In this document: positions 50,601-62,600 of the stretch, piece after piece | Position numbering within the stretch: position 1 is the stretch's first letter | How the letters are laid out: the number at the start of each line of letters is the position of its first letter | DNA from: Bilabrum cf. latius | Taxonomy: Eukaryota | Assembly (NCBI GenBank): GCA_965178125.1 | Contig: OZ237740.1 | Span: 1,178,001 to 1,242,000, forward strand | Direction of reading: 5' to 3' | DNA length: 64,000 bases | Program-made: the position numbers and the translations under genes | Notes under the pieces: generated by a model | Databases searched by the model: none | What the model saw: only the letters and a program-made list of their open reading frames with translations | What the model was told of the DNA's origin: nothing

Positions 50601-53600
50601 GTGGTTGAAGATCGACCCGCTCGGGACCACGATGCAACTCGTTCGGGTGCGGTTGACGATCGAGCTCGCCGCCTGCATCACGCTCCCGTCTCTCGCAATT
50701 TTTCCTTCAGCCACGACTATGAGGATGACTATTGCACAATTCCTATGCTAGGATCCAGTGAAAGGAAGCTCAATGGTTTCATCTTACGCGGAAGCCACTC
50801 CCAGAAACCAGTGCAAAAGACGGGTTTCAACATGGCTGGAAGCACAGAAGTTGCAGCTGCTATCAATGACATTGCCAAGCTGGAGCTGGATTGTATCGAA
50901 TTTAAGCGAGCTTGTGCTATCGCAGTCGTGTCGAATATCTCTAGCATGAGAGCATCCATGTTTCTCGCAAGGGGTGCAGGTATCAATTGTGCCATGAAAG
51001 GTGTTGCGGATTTGTGTGATCTGTCATCTGTAGCTTCAGCACCAGGCTAGGAGGATGTGCTGAAGGCGAACGATTTGGCCATTATAGAAATGATTTGCAA
51101 ATCAAGGTAGCGGCAAGGGCTGCTTCACGTCTCGCAAATGCTTAAGTCACTGGAGGCAGGCGTGCTACGGCAAGTATGCCAGACTGAAGTGATGCCTGGG
51201 TCTTGGATGGCTCATACAGGCGGGCTCCGGCACATTAGGGCAATCATGCAGCCATTTGGACCATTGATGCTTGCGCATAGCCGCACTGGTACTGGACCCA
51301 CGGGGGCTTCCTAGCGAGGTAGCTCTTTTTCCGACTAGGCAGGGGGCAACAGTGGCACGCAGCATGAGCGTTGTGATGATTTCGGCTACGATTCAGTGTG
51401 GCCGGCGCATTCCACCCTTCCTTTTTCTGCTGCGATGCTGCACCTGCTGCTGGATTCTTACCACTTGTCTTTGCCGGCACACCTATTGACGTACTCAGGA
51501 CAGTTTTGGCGAGTCGGTGTAGACGCTACGGAGGGGCTGTGTAAGGGCGCACGCAACCTGCAATTCAATGCCAGGCATGGCTCGCACATGGATTCACTAA
51601 GCGGTCAGTCTCCGGGTGTCCACCGGACGAAGTAGAGCTCCGAAGCCGAGCACGAGTCCCGAGTGGGCCAGATGAATTTGCTGCTGGCAACTGTAGAGAA
51701 TCTCCGGCTAGATTTCTTGTCTTGCGATGACTTTGGTTCTGGCAGCCGTCAAACGAGGTCTGGGTCTCCAGACCGGGCTCTTGACTTTCCATCTGGCTTC
51801 ACGGCTTTGAATCAAGTGTTCATGACCCACTGCCCAGCTTAGTTTGTTGCTGCATGCACGTCTGCCACATTGCACGATGTTGCCGTCGCGGAGAAGTATG
51901 CCCTTGTAGATCATGACGGGGCCGGCCTCCAGGTCACTGGCTGTGCGCTGCACTTACCATCAGATTGCATCGACCTGGTCAGAGTTGCTTCTACTCCGCT
52001 GGATGCATCCCTTGCCAGCGCGTCGGATCCTAGCGCGTTCTTGCGTGGCGTTGCTTGCCACGGTCGGCCGTACGTTGGTCGTGGGAAGAATAAGATTTTG
52101 TCTCCGCTGCAGGCATTGATCGGCGGACTTTCTATTGCGTCCATACCAGGCTCATCTGCAAGCTCGCTAGATGGAATCCAGCGTGATTTGGGAGAAGCTG
52201 GACTGCCATCGGAATTAGCCCTGCTGCAGCAATGGTCAAGGTGCTATCTTGCCCAATCATCTTTGCTTCGACTCAGCTCTGTAGGCAGGTAGCTTGCGGG
52301 ATTTGTAAGGCAATCTAGATCTGCGATTGATGACGTCGACACGCAGCCCAGTCAGCCGGAGATCATGCAAGCGCAGCTAGAAATGGAAAGGTACCGCACT
52401 GGCCTGGACGGTAAGCCCCTCAAACGCACGGATGTAGCCGCCGCGGGATTCGAGCTAGCGCACGCTCGCAGAGCAACCGCATGGATGCTGCGATGGATGC
52501 AGCCACTTGTGGATGTGGTGTTGCAGGAAGGTCTTCTCGTTCGACTCTCCAGACTTTTGGCAGCATGCCATCTCGAATCGGCGGCGGTCGACTTGGCACA
52601 CACTCGGATGCTATTTGACGCAGCACCTAGCCGATCCGTCGACCCTCTAAAGTCTCTGCTGCCACGATCGTGTGCGAATGTCGAAGGGTTCATTGAGTAC
52701 CCGCCTGCAGGATCTGGATAGGCCAGCTCTCGAGGGGCCCAAGTGACCCTCCCATTGTCGCCGATGCTTGCAAGTCGCTGCGCTTTAATGAACTCTTGCG
52801 GGGCGCTCGGCACCATGATAAAAGCTCTTGGAAATGAGCTTATCTACATGCCAAAGTCCGTCCAAATCCCGCACAAGATACACGTCTCAAAGAAGGAGGT
52901 GCTGGCGCTGCGTCTCGCCGTGTGGGCTGGGCCACTAATGCGACAGTCAGCTGCTGCTTGCAACATGCTGCTGTTACTTCCATTTGCTGACTGCCCATGG
53001 ATGTGCCCATTTGATCTCAAGGCAGCAGTGGAGTCTGTACAAGTCTGCCTGGCTGAAGTGTCTGGGCGAGTTGATGCCAGCGAGGTGTTGCGAACCCCTG
53101 CGTCTTAGTCGATGCGAACTGGGCAGACTGCTGTTGTAGACGAGTTACCAGGCCCAGGTTTCTCTGCAAATGACGACGCATTCTCGAGGCTATTTAGCGG
53201 AATCAGTGATCCAATCATCTTGTCAAAGGCGGACTCGAGCCAGGTGCAGGTACCAGGAGCTCCTAGAGTTGCGTCTGCTGCTTCTGGAGCAGGGGCGAGT
53301 AGCGTTGAAGAGGCCACGCCCATCTTGGATTCACTAGCAGATCAGTGCTCTGCCAGACTCAAAGAGGCTGAAAAGCTTGCTCAAGTGTGCTCAGATGCCG
53401 ACCGAGGCGCAAAAGACGCACCAATTGCCGTCAGCAACGCAATAGCTAGCGTGATAAATATTCCTGCGCTCTCAGCAGACCGCTCCAAGAAGTCTCGAGG
53501 CACGAGGGCATTTCAGCCATCCAGCTCCCGATCGAGTCCATTCTTTCGATCCATGCACGTGTTGAGCTGCAGCGGTAGCTTGAATGCGATTCGCGTAAAA

Positions 53601-56600
53601 GCACTAGCTTGCTTAGGATCCGAAGTACGCCGGGCCCTGTCGGACAACAGTACGAGCGCAGATGTCGACCTGAACCTGGGCAGATACTACTGCCCGTCTG
53701 CATCGGGTCTAATATCCATGAATAGGTACGGCATCGCACACCGTGTGTTTTCCTGTGCTAGGTTTGTGGTCCAACAGATGCACGACGAAGATGCTGCAGG
53801 AAGTGGTCCTTTGCACTGGCTGCAAGACTCCAAGCTTGAGGTTGCTGCCCGAGCTGCATTGGGAAGCAAGGCTGATGCGGACGTTGAACAGGTTGTGGAT
53901 TCTTCTCGAGCGTCTATTAAGCGCAGCGCCTTCATGGCCACAGCATCAGCCGCTGTACTGATGTCGAACACCGCAGGAAATCTAGACGTTCCCGGAATGA
54001 AGTTTCCAACTCTTGGCTCGTCGCAAGGACTTGTTGACAGCGATGTGGACCAGCTGCGAGACCACATGGCAAGCTCAAGGGAGCCGTTCTCTTTTTCGTC
54101 GAGTAGAACACACGTAGAGCGTGTTAAGGATCTTTCTCATAGTGTTGATCAGCCCTTTTAGCAGGTCGGAATGTCAGATGATTCGATGGGACAAGCCGCC
54201 GGTGCCAGCGATATGTCTGGATCGCAACAGCATGCTGATGATCTGGTATATTTGACCAGGTTCATCGCAGCTCGGGTTTGGGTGCTGCATGTAAATCCCA
54301 CACTAGCTGCAATTTTGGATGAGCAAGCCGCGAAAGAGAGTTTCTCAGCGGGACCGGACGTGACTGCCCTGGCAACGACCAGGGCTGCGAGGCAGGAGTC
54401 TCTGCTGGGACGGTAGGCTGCCATGTCCGCGTATAGGGAGTATCCAAAGGTCAAATCGGGGCAGTTGCCATTTGAAGGACTATCTGAAGCAATGGTGGGA
54501 ATTTGCTCTGAGCCGCAGCCTGTATCTCACTAGTCCCTGTACTCCATGCCTGGCCGATCGGTCGTGCAGGAGTGTATTGGCGAAATTGAAGTAGTGTCAG
54601 CTCAGCGCTCAAGTGCGACCGGCCTGGCACTAGGATGGAGCGGAAGGGTGCTTGAACAGATTGTCCCTGACTCGATGGAGCTTCGACATGCTCACGCGGC
54701 GGTACAGCAGCAGTTTCTTCTTGACTTCTTGCCTGTTGGGCTCCACTCTTGCTTCTCGACTCTGCCACAACACGTCTCCTCGGTGATTGTCAAGCTTTTG
54801 TCCGATGTTCAAATGTCATACGAGCCGAGTGATGAAGACAAAGCGAAATCTGGGTACGGAATCTAGCAACAGTACGCAAGGCAGCAAGGTTTTGGGTTTC
54901 TTCCATCCGATGAAGGGTCCACCTCCTAGAGTCAAGCAAGCTTACTGCCATCGAAACCATCCGTTTCAGATGCTATCCGAGTGGCAAGGCAGAGTATTCG
55001 AGGTGACTATGACGCTGTTCGGGGCATAGGACGGACACCTGGGTCATATGCTACAGATAGATCGATTTTGGAGGGTGTTGAGCACGTTCACACCGACTCA
55101 ATGGGGCTCATTGATTCTGGAGTGCAATGGAGACGGGATGCTTCTGCAGGCGATTAGAGAATTCCTGAGGATGCTGCAAGCGACAGCAGTGTCCTCGGAA
55201 AGGTTGCCAAATCGATGGACAAGCAGGTAGATCGCACTGAACGGTATGAAAATGGGGAGCTGTAGGATGATGCGTTGCCTGTGAGCGACCCATACCACTC
55301 TCATGTCCCGAGTCGAATTGGAAGCTTTGGGCATCTTCCGGGGAGTGCTTTCGATGCAGCAGCTACCCACAGTACGCTGCCCATTTTGTGCAAGCGATTG
55401 GATGCTTTCGTTCAGCCAGATCCTTGGGATGTCACCGTGTCGGAAATGCTTCCAATGAAGCCTACCAAGAAGGGGTCTGCTGCAACTTTGATGGTCAGGC
55501 AGCACGGGAGCAGGCTGCCTCCTACGAGCTGGGGGGCGCAATGTGCGAGGTCAAGACTGCCGAATTCCCTTCTTTGGGCAACGGGTGGGCTCGTCTCTCG
55601 CACCACGAACTCGAGCTTGCACTACCGAGACATGAATGCCAGCGATGAGTTGAATCACATCGCTACAGACAGTCAGTTGCTCGACCAATCGACGTTTTTT
55701 ATGAATAGGGAGCGTTCAGGGGTATTTAAAAACCAGTCGATGCTGCTCGGACTCGATTACTTTGCAGTTAAGCGTGATCCGCAGCACGCTGTACGAATTG
55801 AAAGACACTAGGGTCAAGCGACAGTGGAGGACTTCGTTCGAGATGCCAGCTCATCTGAGACTTTGACACATCGCGACTTGATTAGGTGCAAACAGATGTA
55901 TTGGCAAAGTGGAACTCCACAGGCCCGGTCGGAGGTGCTCGTGCACGAACTGCAGGCCTACCCCTTCGAGCAATCTACGCCGGAGCACTTCTAGAATTTG
56001 CTAGGATCCGGTGGCGTTACTCACAGGCTCGGCGGCATGCCACAGCAGCTACGTGCACTTGCCAGATGTAACGGGACCCAATCGAGGTCCAGGGTGTCAG
56101 TCGTGAATGGCCTTAGGCCAGAGTGGGTACCGCTCGGCATGAAGGGCTCGGCTTGGAATCGCCAAGGTGCTGCAAGTCGGCTGAAGAACGACGAGTGCGG
56201 CGCCGCTCTTGAGCTTGCGCTGACCTGGTCAGGCGGTTGGGCACCAGTGAGCAAGCTAGCAGATGCTGAAATAGCCGCACAGGATGCAGTGCGGCGTTCG
56301 CAAGGCCAATTCAGGGCCCCGATTCTGCCGGGCTATGGATGTGCTCTGTATGGCAGAGGTGTAAAGCGTCAGATGGTGACTCCCACGAAGCAGCTCACAG
56401 CATAGTTGGACCTCGCCGCGGTGCTTGCAGCACACCGTAGGGGTCGTGCAGTGATGGCTGCTGCTGCCATCTGGCGGCACTGCGCCCCGTATGCCGCTCT
56501 GCAGGTGGCTGAGGTACCTGTGCCTGGATCGGCAAGATCGGTGCTGCCTGGGACCGTCGATGCAAGGCCTGCTTTCTTACCGACCCTGTGTAGTGGAGAC

Positions 56601-59600
56601 GTACTGAGAGGTCCGCTGTAGCAGCTGTTGCTCGCACACCCAAGAGTTCTGCGGTTTGTGTTTCCGAGTGGCCATCCAGCCAGGCCAGCGAACGCTGGAG
56701 TTGACCGGTATGCTATATTTAGGGGTATCAGCAAGTGCATGTTTGATGCGTGTAATTAGCTTGCACTGCTGTTAGACTCGCCCGGTGGGCCTAGAGATAG
56801 CTGCAGGTCTAGAGAGGATGAAATCCGCGCCCTCGACATGCAAGCAAGTAACTTTGGTCGTATGCTGCTTGCCGTCCTTGATACTGTCCCAGACTCATCC
56901 AGGGCCGACATCCTGGGACTTCGGCATGCCAACGCCGGTGATGGCCCCCATGGTGTGCTACCAGAGGTACTATGTGCAACCCTTGCAGCTCTACAGCGCG
57001 CTGCGCCACTCGCCGAGTCGGTTCCACTTCGCAGCTCCCCCGTGTATAACGCCTCGGTCGGCGCCAATCGACCAGTCCTACCTCTTGAGCCGCAGACTGG
57101 CGCAATGTTGAGCAGCATGGATTGCGCCGAGGCTGTTTGTGATCTGCTAGTTTACTGCTTGGCGGAGGGTGTATTGCGCGCTGAGGCCGGAGAGCTAGGC
57201 TTTGAGACTGCCAACACATCCACTGTGGCAGGTTTGCTTGCTGTAGCTGAGGCCGCGGACTCCCGAATGGATAGTGTATCATTGGTCCCGTTCGATCGTG
57301 GAATCAAGTTGTTGCGTTCCGTGACCGCCTTGCTGCGGCTTGCAAAGCCAAATTCGAAGGCTGTATCAGCGGTGATGCGCCTGCTCAAGGAGCTCGTGAA
57401 GGACCAGCGGCTGGCACGACACTTTGCCATGCATGGTGGCCTAGAGTCATTGCTTGCAATGCAGTCGTTCAATTGGAACGACTGCCTGGTTGGAGATGCT
57501 TCGACAATCTTCCAAAGGATTTGTACGGAGCCTGCGGAGTCTTGCAGGAGCTTCCGTACCGCAATCATAGCTTGCATCAAGGAGAAACAGGCATCAATGC
57601 ACGCCAAAATTGACGAAGCTGCTGTTCAATTCAGAAAGATGGTTTCGACTACTACCTTGGAAACAGGAACAGTGGTAGACTCCGCGATACGCCACGTATA
57701 CAACGCTGGGGCTGCAAGCCAAGGTGATCCAGTCAGCAATGCTGCGCCTTCGCTGAATGATTCAGCATAGGCTGCCATGAGTGATGGCGAATCAGGCACC
57801 GCTGCAGACGAGCGTAGCGCTGCCAGTTCCAGCGATACACTCGAGCGCAAAGAAGAGGATACATCTGAAAGCAAGACTGAAGACGCATCTGAGAGCAAGG
57901 AGGAGGATGCATCTGAGGGCAAGGAAGAAGAACCTTCTGGCAGGCAGGGGCGAGTTATGGCCACTTCTACAAGTGGCACCAGACCCGCACCAGCAACCCT
58001 TGCAAAATCATCAGACCATGTATCACGTGGGTCCAAGCGCGTACGAATAGCATCGGAACGCTCTCCGAGCTCTCTTCGCGTTTCTCTCGGTGAGCTGGTT
58101 GGAGACTTGAAAGGCTACGTGCAGCGTGACCCTGCCGTGTTTATTATGGCGTTGCTATCGGTTGCAGATGTTTAGGATGCCCATCGAGACGGTCTGTTCG
58201 ACCTCATTGCTTTGTATAAAGCATTGCGTGGTGCGGTGCATGTAGCTGCGCCAGAAGGCGAGGAGCTGTCCTACAATCCGACCGACATCCCTCCCATTTC
58301 GGTAGGTTTATTGTCTGAGGGTGATGCGCTCAAGGCCTAGCGTGTGGTTGCTACTGCAGTTGCAGAGATCACGGTGCGTCGTTCTAACATGAGCCGCGCC
58401 AGTAGTGCCGCTGGCACATCGATTGAGCGTTCCAGGAAAACCAAGGCGCTTTCACTACCACCTGTCGTGGCTGGATACCTTGCTCGAATTCCACAGGTGC
58501 AGGTGGCGGCATCTGCACTGGCATGGATGCTATGCAATGAGACATGTTCCCTACTTGGCTTCTCTTCGCGAAAGAATCGCACTGCATCCGAACTGGTGCA
58601 AGATCGGGCCTCTGCAGGGTGGAGTGGACTGCAGCGCGACAAGCACATGATGGCTGAAGCCCGAAGTGTTCCACTAGCACTCTGTGCCCACAGGATCTTG
58701 CATATTGTGACTCAGCTTTCACCGTCATTTCGGATGGCGGTGGCGACTGTACCTGCGGAGACACACCCGCTCATGCTGCACACCAAGTCAGCGCTAGAGG
58801 TGTGCATCGGGCGCACGCCCGGGTAGAAGCCGCAAGCGATCAATAATGATGCAAGCGTCCAACCAAAATCTCGCACCAACAAGGCGGCCAGCGAACACGC
58901 CAGCAGTCTAGCAGCCGTTCCATTAACACGGACCTCGAGCTAGGTTTCTCGCTCCAGCGGTCGCTCTCGGAAGAGGAAGCGTGCATCACTGTCGAGCAAG
59001 CCTGGCTCGTCAAACGTGCCAGCTACTCGATTGCAATCGAATGGCACTGCGACACCGAGCTTAAGTCGACATTTCGGACGGTCTTCAGACGGGTAGATTC
59101 TGATGGCAACCTCTGCAGTTGCTGGAGTGCTCGGCAAGCAGAGGCCGGAAGATGCTTTCCTGCTTCCAAGCCCGTTCATGCAGACGCTGTTGCTGCGAAT
59201 TATGCCAGCCATGAACTCAATGGATAACCCTGCGGTCGCTATTGGCCCGAGCCGGGGCGTTTTGCCTCTGGCGAGGCTGATCGCGGAAGCGCCCGGAGGC
59301 ATGTCCAGAACACCGCAGACTGGAACAACGGCTGGTCACGATCCAGTTTCTACGATGACGGATGGGTTTGCTGGGTTTGCGTACACGCGTTTTGACTGTA
59401 ATGTTCTATCGTTGCAAGACGCACACACAAGGCTAATTGCAAGTAGGACGGCTTTGAATGACCAGTCAAAGCAGATGCCACCTGGCAGCATGCGCGCCAT
59501 GCCATCAAGCGCTGATTTTGAGTCTCACAGCCGATATTCAACTCGAATTATAAGCTTAGGGGGGGGAAGACCATTTAGTAGCTTTGGCGTCGACCTTGCA

Positions 59601-62600
59601 GACATCCCAGGTCAGAATCGCGTTCATAATCACATCGTGCTGCCTGCCACAGCAGCTCGAGCGCTGTCCCGGCGATCTGTTCTACTGCTAGCCGCTTTTG
59701 CAGCTGACAGCGTGGAGGGCAAAGCATCGGTGGCTCAGCGAATCGTGTAGACGGTGCGAATGGTGGCTAGCAACAGATCGCTTCGTTCCATGCGACACAA
59801 GGTAGCCGGCTCTGGCAATGGCAAGAGTCAGTGGACGTTGTTTGCAACTTTGGAAGAGAAAGCAACGTGTTTGATGATGTGTTGCGTAGCAATTTCTACT
59901 CTCATTGCTGGTGGTGGCCATCCGGAGCTTGCTGCAGAGCTGCATGGGCGCGGTTTGGTCGAGTTGTTACCCAGAGCTCTTTCATCAGCTCTTGGTGGAA
60001 CGAGCACCGGAAGCGGGTCGCGGGACTCACACCTGCTGCGACAGCATGGAGTACCCGTCGGAAGACCATCACTCTGCCTATCCTAGGCTGTTTCGCTTCG
60101 TCATAGCGTTCTTCAAGCAGTCGGCGAACTCTGCCGCCCGGAGTACATTGGTATCTCTACGGACCGTCTGGCTCAAAGGCTCAGGGAGTTGCACGACAGT
60201 ACCACCAAGGCCCTTGGCCAGGCACGGTCTAGTGCGAGGCATCGTGGCAACACGGCTCGTACCAGTTCGCAAGTTCCTGTTCCAGCTCGAATTAGGCAGC
60301 CTTCGAGCCCTGGCAGTATGTTTGGTCGGGCTCGGTCAGCTTCAATGGAACTTGCAATGAAGGGTACGATGACTCCCAGGCGATTCGGTGCCGGTTCTCA
60401 GCCACGGTCGTCAACACATGCCGTGGAATCAGTGAGTCTCGCGCATCTACAGGGCGCCAGAACCGCCGGAACGAGACAGGAAGAGTTGGAACCTGCTGTT
60501 CAAAGTTCCTCTGTGCGTGCCCCAGTACCAGCTCCTGGTGCGGATTCTAGTCGGACCGCCGTTACTGGCTCTCCGACGACCAATGCCTCTGAATAGGACC
60601 AAAGCTCGCGAATGAATGCCAGGATCACGGTTAATATTGAGGGGCTCCCTGACGGGCGGCAACCCAGCAGTGATGCTGTGTCTGCAATCCTTGAGCAAGT
60701 GATTCGGGATGTTGCTCAGCAGATGCCAGCTGGCGCTACCATCCAAATCGTTGGTAGACTAGGCGGATCCGGGGCGGCTGGGCCAGCATCATCATCCAGC
60801 GGACCGTCCGCATCAGAGGGCGCAATGCAGTCTGACGATGCTGCATCTGAAGAATCATTTGCTCTGGGACTGAACGCGGACGATGAGGATGATGAAGATG
60901 ACGATGAATCAATGATTCCAGAGGATGACGGAATTATGGCAACAGGGTACGACAGTGATGCTAGCCATCCTATTCCGATACTGAACAGCGGCGGGCGCGA
61001 CAGGTTAGTGGGCAGCGACCTTGCCATGCCAATCAACCCATTTGCGTCTGATACTGGTCGCTCCCGGCAGAACTCAGACGATTCGGGTGGGACTGAAGCC
61101 AGTGGCACGGGGGGTTTGCAGAGCGGCGCGTCTGGTGTGCAAGACCTGGATCAGTATTCTGATGCCATTCGCGAAATGGCCGAGACTGGTGAAATCGACG
61201 GGGCTGACCTAGATATCATGCAAGACCTTGAAGCAGAAGCCGATGGCTGGCAAGATATGGATGGATTTGGTGATGGACACGATTTCGATGACGGAGAAGG
61301 TTTTGAGTACGAAGATGAACCCGATGATGACGGGTTTGGCGAGCTTGGTCGCATGGTAAGGCCCATGTCACCTAGTGAGGAGCAAGGAGATGCCTCTGAA
61401 GGCGTCATGTTCGATCCATCGAGGGGATTGATAAGCATCTACGATAGCGACGGTTGGGGTAGGCGGCATGGCCTGTCTAGTTCCTCTCTGCAAGCACTCG
61501 ATCCAGTTGATGAAGCCGATGAGGACTTGGACGAATCGAATCGTACGTCAAACGACCGTGACTCTGAGGGTGCAGGCGATGCAATGAGCAGCGAGCAGCC
61601 TTCTATGCGACAAGATGCCGATGAATAGAACCGCAATGCTGCCGAGTCAACAGCTGCTGAGGAAGCAGCTCAGGGTTCCTCTGTTGAAAGCCAAGACAGC
61701 ACCGACGAAGAATCCGGCAGAGGGTCGCCTGACACGGCACACGCAGACTGGATTGCTTTGCCTGCCTCGTTCATTTCCGCGTTGAGGGATAGCATATCTG
61801 GAGACGGAGTGGCAGAAGTTGAGTCGAGGGCGCTCAACTTTTCTGAAACATCCGAGGGTATGCAGCAGCAAGATTTGGAAGAGATTGTGCAGCAGCTGGA
61901 GCAGCTTGAGAGTGACGCACCAACCTCAGCAACTTCTCGGTCAGTCTAGCCAGGTTCTAGGCAACTGCCTGGGAGATAGAACCTGTCCCATCGTTTACGG
62001 TTGCACTCGAGCACCAGCGGCTTGCATCGATTGGAGTTCATAGGAGGATTTCCGTTCGCGGAGTCCTTGAGTGCCTTGCTGGATGAACGGAGACGATCGA
62101 ATAGGCCAGATGGTGGGAGGGAGCGGAGATCCTCAGGTGCGGCAGAGCGCGCCAACGAATTGCTAGAACATTTTGACTACATGCAGAGGCTGGCATCCAC
62201 TGGCGCAGAGGACGCTCCCAATGGTCTTGGACGAGGCAGGCCTCCACGGCGACAAAATGCGGTTAGGTCTTTCGTGCCCTCAGCGAGTCAACAAAGCTCG
62301 TCGATGCCGGGCACCTCCAGCGTACCGGTCCGCCGAGCTGCATCGCGTCGCCGGCCCAAGCAGATGCTTTTGCGGTTTGGTCATCACTCTTCCAGGCTTC
62401 CTGGTACCCGGTCAGGCAGTCGCGCCGACCAGGGCTCACAGCTTAGTGATATAGTCCCGCATGGTACGCTGCCGTGGAAGACTAGTACCAATACGAGATT
62501 TTCGCGTTCAGACCCCAGCCTGTACTCACCGCTTGCTCTCGGGACCTAGTTTCGTTTGGCGGAGGCGTATGCAGCTGCAGGCAGGCGGCTCCCGCGTGGT